From positions 4,216,001-4,280,000 of the forward strand of contig OZ176051.1 in NCBI GenBank assembly GCA_964247055.1: DNA of 64,000 bases, read 5' to 3'. The DNA comes from Paragordius varius (Eukaryota > Animalia > Nematomorpha). A program made the translations under genes and the position numbers. The notes below the pieces were generated by a model. That model was not told where the DNA came from. It searched no databases and saw only the letters and a program-made list of their open reading frames with translations. Positions 1 through 12,800 of the stretch are shown here, piece after piece. How positions within the stretch are numbered: position 1 is the first letter of the stretch; the number at the start of each line of letters is the position of its first letter.

Positions 1-27
1 AATTATCATATTTTTAAAAAATTTCGA

Positions 28-203
28 TCCTTGCTCGATAATTATTTAATATGTCAATTTTATATCTTATTATTTTTTCTAAATATACAGAGTCTGGTAG
101 AGTTGAAATTTCAAATAATTTCTACCCTTGCTCGATTTTTATTTAATATGTCAATATATATTATTATTTTTTTTCTAAATATACAGAGTCTGGTAAAGTT
201 GAT
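28..203 (+). repeat. ~98-bp direct tandem duplication spanning a splice acceptor
   Basis: ccttgctcgat...tttaatatgtcaat...ctaaatatacagagtctggta(g/a)agttga occurs at ~28-106 and ~127-203. Confidence 0.9.
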
Positions 204-1731
204 ACTAGAGCTAATCTCACTATGAATGCAGCTAATATAGGTGGTCTCCCTATCCCACCAAACCTACCATTTCTCCCTCCACCTCCTATGCCCCCACCCC
301 CAGACTTTTTTATGATGGGCGGTATAAATTAATTGATTTTGTTTTTGAATAGCAATGTTTTAAGAAATCTGGAAAATTATATTCTTTTATGTATATTTAA
401 ATAAATGATGTAAAGCATATTTTTTTGGTTTATAAATATTTGCTTGGTGATATAATGGAACTTTATTTTTAGTTTTTGAAATAATTTTATTGACAGTTAA
501 CTTTCTAAATATTTTATAATTTTATTTTGTATCTTTATTTTAATTTTATTTTTATGTTGATCTGAAGAAGTTAGAGGAATCCTACGAAAATTTATTAATA
601 AATTTATTATTAATTTTGCTGATATTACATCATAGCATTCTAAAACATACTGATTCAGCCTAATCCATAACTTTCATTAATTTCCAAGTTTCACACTTTT
701 TTTAACAGTTTTAATTTGATTTAAAACTGAACTATGGTTTAGGAAGCGCTAACAATGGAAACTCAATGGGGGAACTAAAATTTAATGGACCTCCCTTATT
801 ACCAATATCTTCAACGTTTCCACCCTCAATGATACCCGATAATACAAGTATATTTTTTTCTCAGAAAATGCGTAATAAAATATTTTATTTTTTAACAAAA
901 TTTATAGTTTTTATTTTACTTTGAAGCGTGATGGTATAGTAGGTAGGGCGCCGGACTCTTATACTAGGTTCCAGAGTTCGAATTCCGAAACTACGCAATT
1001 TTTCTATCATCACTGTCAGCCATGGTCAGGCGAGCGTTTAAGCCTTTACCGGATGCAATTTAAGTCCTTATTACCCTTTAATATAAAAAACAAAAAAAAG
1101 ACTCTAAACTTTCATATATTTTTATTTTGATTTATTCCCTAAAATCGATACATTAGAACAAGGGAAAAATGCTGTGAAAAAAGATAAAAACTCGACGATT
1201 GCTAAACATCAATCGGCATTTTCCTCAAGTACATCATCATTACAAAGTGGTCCTTTACCAATAACTCATCACATTTCTAATAATTCTAATGTTAATAATT
1301 CAACCATGAATCCTCCAAATGGATTTTTACCTTTTATGGGACCTGGTCCAGCTGGTTTTATGGGTATGCCAAATTTCCTACCACCACAACCTAATGCTGA
1401 AACAAATGAAAGTTGCTCTAAAACAAAGAAAAAAGCGAAAAAATCAAAAAAGGATTCAAATAAACTCCTTGATCCAATCATCTCGGCGGCGGTTGATAAT
1501 ATGCAAGGTGGTGGTACACATTAATTATATGTACTTTTTAAAACCGTTTTTATAGGGACATTTTTATGATAACAATCGGCATTGATATCTTATTTATTTT
1601 AGAATAGTCGATTATTTAACATTTTAAGCCTTTTTGACAATGTTAAAATGTTTAATTATATACCTTTTTGACATAAATAATTAGATAATGATCCACTTCA
1701 AAACAATATAGAATCTAATGGTATGGTCTAA
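187..1731 (+). CDS. 3' part of an unknown Pro-rich, Lys-patch protein (5' end outside window)
   Basis: Exons 187-321, 743-847, 1157-1513 and 1685-1731 join in frame at GT-AG sites: SGKVDTRANL...LPPPPMPPPPDFFMMG/GSANNG.../KQGKNAVKKDKN...KTKKKAKKSKK.../DNDPLQNNIESNGMV*. No family recognised; the last exon is the least certain. Confidence 0.7.
926..1101 (+). mobile_element. tRNA-derived SINE-like element (or tRNA-Lys(CTT)-like pseudogene) in an intron
   Basis: 926-997 is a 72-nt tRNA-like head with A-box TGGTATAGTAGG, B-box GAGTTCGAATTCC, loop CT-CTT-AT and mispaired stems. It is followed by a ~80-bp GC-richer body and an A-rich tail (aatataaaaaacaaaaaaaag). Confidence 0.6.
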
Positions 1732-2731
1732 CAACACAAAATTACAAATGATGCCGCCATTAACAAAAATTCAAAACCAAAATTTATTTAAAAAATATCC
1801 AATTTTATATGTGTTACAAAAAAAACGATACAAACAAACAATCTTCCTTCCAATATCGATTCAAATCTAATTTTTTAAATATATTTTTCTAGGTTACCAT
1901 ATTTATTTAGTCATGAAACAAACAACACTTAATTATTTATTATAAGCATTTCTTATTATGATCAATCCATAACTATTTTTTTTATATATGAGTAGGCTTT
2001 TTGAAAAAAATTGCCGATTCAATTTAAAATATTGATATTTTATATACCACAATAATGATATGGGCGCTGGACGATGATATATATTAATAAATTGAAAATA
2101 TTTCATTCATTTATTATTGGATTAACTAACAAAAAAAATCACCAAAATAGAAGTTGTTTGTTTATCACATATTATATTGGAATAATTTGTTGGGTTTTTG
2201 TATAAATAGAGCGAGCCATATATAAAAATATTTTTTTGTACATTGTAATGTTTTTTTTGTGAATTATAATTATAAAATATATCGATTGTGAATAAGTTGA
2301 AAAGCATTTGTAAATTTGTGACGACAATATATACATTAATCACAGGATGATAAATTATATACAAAATTCACCGTTTTTCAAACATTTTGAAATATTTAAT
2401 TGGTGGTATAATTGTGTAAAAATTTAATAAAAATATATTGGAAGTATATGCCAATTAATAGAAAATATGCTTTATATTTAATTAAATTTACTATTTACAT
2501 TTATTTTATGGTTAAAAGTTAATTCTTGTAAAGAATATATATAAAAACTTAAATAAAATTTTCAAATATTACCATTTAATAAAATTTTTATAATGTGGTA
2601 CCTGAGGAAGTATTTTAACAATTTTTTTCAATATGCTGAAAATAAGGAAGGATAGATTGTCATAAAATATAATTTGCTGGATAAACAAAAAACTTCTACA
2701 CCACCGTTTTTAAAATAATTTTTTAAATTTT

Positions 2732-2768
<37 letters not shown>

Positions 2769-2812
2769 TATAAACTGATTAACAATTATATATATTGAAG
2801 GCTTTTATTTAG

Positions 2813-5800
2813 TTAGTTAATAGGAGTTGGAATGTTTGGTTTTGTTTTAATTGTTGATGACAATGATAATGTTGATATTTCTAAATGATTCTTATACTTT
2901 GCGTATGAATAATAAGCCAACCCATAAAATAATTGAGCAATTAATTTGGTTAAAATACCAACGATGAGTAAATCAAAAGCCATTTTGCGATTATTATAGA
3001 TATTACAGGCACCGTGATTAACGTTAGGAAAGGCGGCGGAATCATTAGGAAAATCATTGTAAGATTTAATATCCCAAAGCAAACAACTTTTATCCATAAT
3101 AAAACCAAATATAATTGGGCCTGGGATGGTACCTTAATTATAATAACACAATGATGTTAATAATGATGAGAGTTTAAAAATATTTGAAATTAGGGGTAAA
3201 AAAATTATTTTTTAGTTATTATACTTTTTCATGCCATCAAAAATGATGTTGTAAAATTTTAAAGAATAATTTTTAAAGGAAAATAAATTTCACTTTTATT
3301 TGGGTTTTTACTTTAAAAAATGTATAAAATATTAAAAATGTATAAAATATTAAAATTAATGAAATGCATATAATATACCATTTACAGTTCAAATTTACCC
3401 TTTTCAAATTCACACAAAAACAAATTATGTGTTTTTTAAGACTAAAAATTACCTTTATTTAAAATATTTTCAAATCATGAAATTTCGTTTAAAATTAATC
3501 TAATACTGAAAAAATGATAAATTATGCCATAAGTATATATTTTTTATTAATGATCAGTTATATTAGCCCGAAAACACATAATTTATTTTTAGGGTGAATT
3601 TGATTTGTTCAAGGGGGAATTTGACTTTAAATGGTATAGCAAAAATGGATAGATTTTTATACCAAGTAAGCGGACCAAAACCCATTGAATACCCATTGCA
3701 AAAGATGTTTCATTACTTTCAACACATCTAAATAGACAAATAAATATTTATAACATCCACAATAAAATGGTTGTAATAAAAATACTCTAATTTTTATTTT
3801 TATATAACCCTAAAAAAACTAAAAATATTTAAAAATTAAAATAAGGATAATATGTGTGTTTTTTAATTTAGTATGCATTTTAATGGTTGCTTATTTCACA
3901 CTTTAGTTGGTCAATTTGCAACACATTAGTGTATGGAAAAAACAACAAAATATTGAATTAAATAAAGTAATTTAAGGATGGAAAAAATTGTTTATTTAAC
4001 ATTTTGTTGTTTTTTCCATACACTACTGTGTTGCGAATTGACCAACTATAGTGTGAAATAAGCAACTATTAATATGCATACAGAAACGTTATCATAAAAT
4101 TCACCATATTTAACATTCCTTATCTCATATAAAAGCTCAAAAAAATGTTTACTTTATTTAAATGAACACATATTTAATCAAGTCGAATCATTCAACAAGA
4201 TGAGACTTTTCTTTTTCTAAATTTTAACCCTTTATATTTTCATTTTTACAGTTTCATCCATTTAATATAAATTTACTTTAATGTAGCATTAACACTAATA
4301 ACAGCAACCATTAGTAGGGCAAAAAGAGCCAAAAACATGGCAAACATAAATATTATCATTAGATGAGTAATGTTTAATGTTCCAAGAGAACAGCGAGGAC
4401 CACATTTCCCAAATACTATCCGTGGATTAACATTATTTTTGTCATCAATTAAATTTGTAATGTCGGTAAAATTTTGGTTATTTGAATAATTGGAAACACA
4501 TCCACAATCATATAACTAAAGAAAATGCGTTTGAAAAAGTAAAAACTGATATGATAATGTGATTAAGCTACTTTTCGCCTTTAGAAAAAATGAAAAGAAA
4601 TGCTAATAGATTATAAACAAATTGATTATTTCTTTATATTTCAATTTTAACATATCCAAGGTTCGATAGATAAGATTAGTTGTAATTATAAATTATGGAT
4701 GGAGAGTTATATCATTAATTTTAATTTTATTTTATTTTTATTCATAAATATAAATTTATTAAATATAAAAAATACTTGAATATTTTTGGTTAAATTACTA
4801 TTATTGTCTTGAGATGTACAACCGGCAAAACATTTTGAAAAAAATGTTAGTCCTTTTGATTCCCAACATACTGGTTCATATTTATAATCACATTGGCATT
4901 TGGCATTACATGTATTAATAATTGCACTCGGTTTAAGAATACTAAAAAAATTTATGTAATAATTTAATTTATAAAAAATAAAATTTTTTTTTCCTTTAAA
5001 AAAATAACTTTTTTATAAGAATAATGAATTTAATATAATAGACAATAGTCGTATACATACTTTGCAAGTTGGTGTGAGTTTACGAATGATTCATCATTCA
5101 AAGAATTTCGTCCTTTAAAAAATAAAAGAACATTAATAATTAAATATAAAGGCAAACATTATCAAACAAAAAATAATATTTTACCTGGTATATTAGGGTA
5201 GGGTGAATTTACTCCAGCAAAATTTGTTTCAGGACAATATAAAAGTAGGATGAAAAAGGCACAAAAATTTATGAGCGATATGAAGAAAACCATTTTTAGC
5301 ATACCCAACACAGAAACGTTATTACGCTTTATAAGGTACCTAATGTGTGTTTAAAAAAGTAAAAATACTGAGAACGATAAAAATTACTCAAAAAATCCTA
5401 AACGAGTATGTTTAAAATTATATATATATATATATATAATATATAAAATGTATAGAAAGAAATTAAACAACTTAATTATATCTTTACAAAAACACTTAAA
5501 ATCAAATATAACTCATAAATATCTAAAATCAGTTATATATGTTTCAAAATATATGCTACACTGAAAATAATTTTCAGTTTTATTTTCAAAATTACTTAAA
5601 ATATAAAAATAAACAAATGTGATATTCTGCCATATTCAAAATTTTTCGTTCAGATGTGATTATCAGGGTTAGGCAAAAAAGATAAAAACAAAATTATTCC
5701 AGCATTGTATACAAAAAATATTAAAAATACCAAAAATCTTTTTTAAACCAATCAAAAGTTAAACAAAATTTTTCAAAAAAATTAAAAAAACGAAATATTA

Positions 5801-8800
5801 TATACCCGCCTAAAAGCATGCCAAGCATACCAGCAGGCACAACTATGATTCCAACATACATTGAAGCATTTTTAGCTGCAACATCAAACTGTAACTCCAA
5901 ATATTTGGGCAGAAAAGCGGCAAATCCATTGAGGACTAAACCATCAAAAGCTCCACCCAACGTTATAAACATGAATACGGGATTAGTTAACAACGATTTT
6001 AATCCTACATAAAAATAATGTTGTGATTCAGTTAATTTATTAGGATATGCTTGGTAATTAAAAGCAAACTATTAAAATTTGAAATTTTTTAAGGTATATT
6101 CTCATTTATTTAGAATATTCAATTTAAGAATTTGTTTTGCCAATCGAGAGGAACTATTAATATTTGTAACATTTTTTATAATATTTTTTTTCGTATATTT
6201 TGAATGTTCTAAAGATTTTTTGCCAATTTGAAAGGATATTAAAATTTGTTTTAGACATAGTCCCCGTTGTAAATAAACATTTGGAGATGATAAAAATGTG
6301 TTAAATTGAAAAAATGAAATAGTTGTGTTGAGCAAATTTTTATGTTATATGGTTGAGTTTATTAAAATTTATATAAAAAAGGAAATAACTCGGACTGGAT
6401 AAAACATGATGATGGCTTAAGAATTATTTTTTTATTTATAGCAAAATAATTCGAAATTTACTCTTGATAAGAGCTATTAGGGTAAATTAACACTCACCTT
6501 CCCTAAAATGTAAATGTTTTTTGTTAGGTGTCAATTGTGCCATTTCCCTGAGTTTATCATTTTTTTCATCCAATTTTGTGAATGCTACGAAGTTAGAAAC
6601 TTTTTCTCGATTCGTATTTTGCATCCTTTTATCACCATTATTTTCATTGCCCGTGTAGGAACGACGTGAAAAACTAAATCTATGTCCTATATCGAGTGAT
6701 GGTACGTAATTTAGGTTATTTTTCGGTTGAGTTGTACCATTTAAAACAAGCTTTCTTTCTGTAGTGGGCTCAAATATTGATTTAAACCGATGTTGAATAC
6801 GTGTAAATATTGGAGTGTTTAGATTAGGGGTTGACCCTTTGATATTGGGTAAATTTTCGTTTGGCCCTAAATTTAAGGGTTGCACCTGTTCAGATGTTAG
6901 GCAATATTCATTTTTGCCACCATTATTAGCCAAAGATGGTTTATGTGATTTTTGTGAAGTGGTTGGATTATTAAGGTTTAAGCAACTAAAATCATCGGCT
7001 GTAATCGGTATTTGATGTGTAAGAGATGTTTGCCATTCATCCATGGCATTATCTTTTTTATCAATCTACAAAGGGAAAAAACATAAACCAACCAAATATA
7101 TTAACAAAAATAATGAAAAATTTGGTATAATTAAAAGAACCGCGCAAAAAAATATGCACAAAAATGCATTTGCAATTAAAAGTAACGGTTTAAGTTATTA
7201 AAAATTCTTTTTTTTTCATATATAATGCTAACAATATCTGTTCTATGCTAAATTATTCGCACAATTGGAGTAACACATACAAAAAAGATCAAAAAGTTTC
7301 ATTTATATAATACAACTGAGTCATCTTACAAAAAAATTCGCATAAGAATTTATAATATACCATTTACAGTTCAAATTCACCCTTAAACAATTCAAATTCA
7401 CCCTTAAACAATTCAAATTCACCCTTAAACAATTCGAATTCACCCTTGAACAATTCAAATTCACCCTCAAATAAATAACATGTTTTTTAAGATTAAAAAT
7501 TACCTGTATTATAATATATTTTTAAAAAATAAAATTTTGTTTTAAATTAAAATAATACTGAAAAAAATAATAAGCTATACCATAAACATATATTTCATAT
7601 TAATAATGTATATTAGTTCGAAAACACATAATTTATTTTTAGGGTGAATTTGAATTGTTGGTGAATTTGAATTGTTCAAGGGTGAATTTGAATTGTTCGA
7701 GGGTGAATTTGAATTGTTCATGGGTGAATTTGAATTGTTCGAGGGTGAATTTGAATTGTTCAAGGGTGAATTTGAACTGTAAATGATATATAATATAGAA
7801 TATACTGGATGTATTGTTTCATCTGGAGAAAATATAGATGTTTCATTCTTATTGCTATTGTATTCTGGCCCATTTTTGTTCCGTGATTTAGATTTTAGGC
7901 CTTGGAAGCCCTGTTTAAGTCTTGATTCATACAAACTTTTCATCCCGGGATACGTTGAGGGGAAACCCGATATGGGTATGCAAATGAGCCAAGCAGCAAA
8001 ACAACTAACCACAAAACCTAACCACCATGCACCGACCCATCTATCATCAGACGAATCTGAAAATTATATAAAGAAGCATATGCTTAAAATTTTAAATTTT
8101 AACATAAAATTAATTATAAGTTAAATAGTTGATATATATATATATATATACATAATATATTTTTCAAAACATTTTTGAAAACAATGAGTTTAATAGGCCA
8201 AAGAGTGCATATTTCTATATATGACCCAATATCATAAATATTTTTTTGAATATTTAAATATCACGATGAGACAAAAAAAATACCCAAAATGAGTTTAACA
8301 TGAAATTAGTTATTTTTTTCCAAATAATTAACCCAAAATGTTTGTTTTTGTGCTACGTAAGTCTATATTTATTTAAAATTACCTAAATAATTGTTATTGT
8401 CTTTTAAAAATAATATTTTACTTAATTTACAATAATAATTACTTGTTAGCTAATTTCACATATTTATTTATTGTACTAATACAAAAAAAAGAAATTATTT
8501 TGATGGTAAATAAAACAGGATATACAAATATTATATTTTATAATCATCATTTATACTGGCATGACAAGAATGCCAAATATGCTTTTAATAATTTTTATTG
8601 TTCAGAGAACAAATGATATTACCAGTATATGATTTTTTGATTTTGGCATACGATAGCGAAAAAATAAATGTATACAAAAAACTATTATGCAAAGTTTTTA
8701 ATTACCCCAGGTAAAAACATTAAAAATAAAAAATTTCTATTGCTTAATAAAAGAAAAATTAACCTTTAGGTCCAAAATATTTTGGAGTCTCATACAAAGT

Positions 8801-9712
8801 TGTTTTATTGATAAAGTTTGGTGAGGAAAGTAGGTTGTTAAAAATATCGACATTTATATTGAGTATTAGGGCACCACTCAAAAACCCGACAGCAGGACCC
8901 AAAATAGACATGGCATAATAAACGCCAAGGTACAAGGCTACCTTTTCCACATGAGCATTTTCATCAATGTAAGTTATACCCAGAGTAAAAAGAGGACAAG
9001 AACCGACACCATGCAAAAAATTGCCTAGGAAAAATAGAAAAAATATAAGAATCGTTGAGGTTTGATCGTCGCTTGGTGAAATGACTGATTCTGAATCAGA
9101 TAAATAGTTAGAAAGGGTGTAATTGTATGCTGCGGTGTTGTTATATAAAACGGGTTTTCGACAAAAAGAATTTGAGACCAAATTTTTTGAGGTGACATTT
9201 GAATCAAATGACAAAAGTGTTTGTGTTGTTAAAAAACGTTGATAGTAAGGGGATGTAATAAATTTGGGTACACAAAAAAGAAGTGATCCTAGTCCCATGA
9301 CCATCATTCCGAATGAAAGAAAACGTATTTTGTTTCCAATAAAAACATATCTTACGATGCATAAAAACTTTTGGAAACAATTTAATCCTTGATATTTGAG
9401 AGAATTCCACATTTTTTGATTTTGGCCACCCCAAAAAGAAACAGGAGTAGCAAGCAAAAGGAATGCAATATCATATGCACTAACAACTGCTCCGCTTAAA
9501 CTGCTACTAAGTCGAAATTGTTTTTCAATGCTACTGACCACAACATTAACAAGTCCATTTACGGCAAATCCTTCAATAAATGCGGCCACGCACAAAACTA
9601 TTATGAAAGGCCATAATCCATATCGTTTGAGAAGTAAGTTTTGAATAGAATAGGGTCTCCAATTAAACCAGCCAAATGATGTGTTCTCATATATATCAGG
9701 AATCGAATTCAT
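2813..9712 (-). CDS. SLCO: Organic anion transporting polypeptide (OATP/SLCO family, probably SLCO4-like), ~987 aa
   Basis: Exons (minus) 9712-8764, 8056-7806, 7065-6498, 6004-5806, 5339-5185, 5112-5061, 4941-4776, 4515-4277, 3727-3663 and 3132-2813 are all phase-consistent. OATP motifs: GWFNWRP, FTLGITYIDEN, DRWVGAWWLGF, AAFLPKYLE.QF, Kazal-like C-x3-C-x-C..YEPVC..FAGC, LKCV..ETSFAMGIQW..RLLG, IPGPIIFG..MDKSCLLW. Confidence 0.95.
3374..3638. mobile_element. MITE family A, copy 1 (SLCO intron 9)
   Basis: Termini TATACCATTTACAGTTCAAATT...AATTTGACTTTAAATGGTATA; the interior aligns with copy 2 at 7356-7790. Confidence 0.85.
3871..4081. mobile_element. Palindromic MITE family B (~80-bp inverted arms, SLCO intron 8)
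   Basis: gtatgcattttaatggttgcttatttcacactttagttggtcaatttgcaacac... is the near-exact reverse complement of ...gtgttgcgaattgaccaactatagtgtgaaataagcaactattaatatgcatac. Confidence 0.85.
7356..7790. mobile_element. MITE family A, copy 2: foldback-like, TIRs expanded by 21-bp tandem subrepeats
   Basis: The left arm has repeated aacaattcaaattcaccctt(g/a)a units and the right arm about 7 inverted agggtgaatttgaattgttc units. Termini TATACCATTTACAGTTC / GAACTGTAAATGATATA. The repeat explains the spurious NNSNSP tail of ORF 7575..8012. Confidence 0.9.
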
Positions 9713-9814
9713 ACTTCTTTAATCAAAATAAACTACTTTTCAAATCAAAAAATTACAGCATGATACGTGAATGTGAGCTATTCCATGCGATAATAAATTT
9801 TAAATTTGGATGGG

Positions 9815-12800
9815 ATGGATAGTACCGTTGCTTTTAGGGACGATATAAAAAGAGATAACGATAAAATAAAATCATCTCTTTCATGCTTTTGCTTATTCAT
9901 TTGTCTTTTGGCATTTTTAATTTTATTTCCTTACTTCCAAAGACCAGTTAATCAATACAAATGTTCGGATAGTTGCAGGTAAATAGTTGTTATTAATGAA
10001 GATTAAATATCGTTGAAAGTATTCCTGATGGTGTTCAATTTAATGACACTCTATTTACTTCTGTATTTGACGGTTGGAATCGACTTTTGTCTTTAGCCAA
10101 ATTTAACATATCTATTGCATCTTCATACTGGACTTTAAGGGACAACGATGTTATAAAAGACAATTCTAGTTGGAAGGTTACTCTTAAAAATTTATTTACT
10201 AGGGTCAAAAGATATATAATCAATTGCTTGATAAAACGCGTGATAAAAATTTTAAACTACGCATTGTACAAAATTTTGAAAAATATACACCTGATACAGA
10301 ATTATTGGCTAAAAGTAGTGTTGTTTCATTAACCATGTAGAGGGTGCTTTAGTTAAAAAATTAAATTTCCGCAAGTTTTCCAAGAATGGCATATTGCACA
10401 CCAAAATGTGGTTAGTTGACAATTCACATTTTTATGTTGGTAGCGCAAATTTGGATTGGAGATCATTAACACAAGTTTATTATGCAATAAATATTGAATA
10501 TATTTTTTGGTTAGACAACCATTTTTGTCATTTTAAATTTATCATTTTAGGCTATTTTATTTGGTACAAACATAAGTTGGAGATTAATTTTGATTAATCC
10601 TATCATTGCAATTATGAGTTATAATACTTCCAATTAAGCATTAGGTAACTATGTACCCAATTTTTCCGACATGTCTATCCCGTTTCATAGTGTGAAACGC
10701 GTGTTGTCCTTGTTGCGGACTCATCAGTCACACATACTTGGTAAACACTGTCAGTTAAAGATGGGAGTGTATACATTAAAAATTTTGATTTTTAAGACCA
10801 GAAAGAGAAAACTTAAGATTCAGACAGGGCAGACGACAGTATTAAGATCAAGTCTGATGTCATATTTTGGGCCATATTAAGTATGGGGTGTATTATACAA
10901 ACAATCTTTTACAACCCCTTTTTAACGACTCTAATCGTATAAATGGATTATGCAAAAAAATAAGGTTCTGCAAATACGGTTGACTTTTAAATGAATGATA
11001 ATTTTTACTTTTAATTGACGATTCTCATAAAAACTGGACTTTTATTTTAGCTAAATAAGGCATATCATTTTAAATTTTACTCTAATTATGGTTGAAAACA
11101 TTTTTTACATTTTATTTAAAGGTAAAAGAATTGGGAATAATTGGAACTGACTGCAATTGTTTAACCAATGATTTAGCTAAAATTTTTGAAGCTTATTGGT
11201 ATGTAGCCGATGCGAATCAAAGTATACTTTTTAAAACTATTTTTCATGTTAACATGTTTAGTTAAACATTTTTTTTTATAAATGTTTGTTAATTTTATTT
11301 CCAGCACATTTCATTGCGAATCCCAATATATGTTGAAATTAATCACATGAATAAGTTTAAAGGGCAAATGTCTTTTTTAACCAAAAACCGTCATGTCATT
11401 CGTTTATATTTATAATGTTATCATTATTCCTATTATCTTAGAAAATTATATTTGGCAGCTAAACAGCTGTGGAGATTTTTATTAATTTGTTTTTTCCTGA
11501 TTATTTGCAATAATTAATCTAAAATCACCCTTAAACACTTTTAATTTATTCATCTAAAATTTACTCTCAAACCCATTAACTCTTAAGGACTTTAATTTTT
11601 TGAATTTAAATCAGGAATTTATGTGTCAAATACAGTCATAATTAAGACAAATTATTGGTATAAATCACTATATGCAAAAATTTAAAATCGAAATTTATTT
11701 TTTGGACGAATTTTAACTCTACATATTAACTATAATATGAGTATTATATACATTACAATTCATAAATCGATTTCATAAATTTCAGGTTTATTTTAATTAT
11801 TTTTCGGTATAAAAATATTTATTTTAGCTAACTATAAATGGTTACCACGTAATTTGCCCCCTGATGTTTGGCCCGATAGCTATAATGCTTTGTATAATGA
11901 AAGCAATCCCAGAATATTTAATGATACTCAAAGCTTGAATACGTATCAAGTGTTTGCTTCGGTAATTTTTACCTCAAGATCAGAAAATTAAATATTTTGT
12001 AAGGCAATAATTAATTGGCTTTAGTATAGTTTAATTCTACCCGTTTCTTTATAAAAATATATAATATCAAGGTGTTTTTATACCGAAATTTATGTATATA
12101 CGCTTCTTTTGTTAGTTATGTTATTTCGTATTATTAAAATTTCAAATCATTTCGAAAATACAGCATTGGTAAATTAATCACCATAGTTTAAATCCGATTT
12201 TTTTTATATAATTAATAATTTTGAAATTTCTTTTTTAATTTTGTTTTAAACAAAAATCTGCGATGATAATATAATATATGATAGAGCTCACCACCAATCT
12301 TAAATGGGCCATTGCGAACTAATGATGTTGACGCTATTTTACATGTAATTGCAAATGCTAAAAAATTTGTGCACATATCTGTTATGGAATATATACCTGG
12401 AACTTTATACACCCCTCGATTTACGTATTACAATAAATTTTTATTTTTTATAGATTTTTTTAGTACAATATAGGCATAAAAGTAATTTTTACTTGATACC
12501 GCCTGTAGTATATAATAAAACCTTTTTTAAATATATATAAGCATTATTATATATACTTTTATCGCGAATAACTTTTTTTCCTATTTTTTTAGCCCAAAAA
12601 TGGATTTTAAATTATTATTCCGCTTTTAGTGTTGTATTGTATATTATTTACAAATATTTATATTATGTGTAGTTTCCGAATTTAATATAATTTTTTTAAC
12701 CGTTTTTTGAAATATTAAATAGGGTTTGATATACTAAAAATATAAAAATTTATTAAAAAACAAAATTTATTTAATTTACAAAATTTTTATATTTTGTTTG

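Noticed and set aside
926-997. Functional tRNA-Lys(CTT) gene
   Set aside because: The acceptor and anticodon stems contain mismatches, and the sequence continues into a body and A-tail.
1269-1555. Overlapping ORFs 1269..1481 (-) and 1319..1555 (+), and similar antisense ORFs over the SLCO and uif-like exons
   Set aside because: These are shadow frames of real exons with no independent support.
7575-7805. NNSNSP repeat tail of ORF 7575..8012 as a protein repeat
   Set aside because: It is read-through past the SLCO exon 2 donor (7805) into the 21-bp subrepeats of an intronic MITE.
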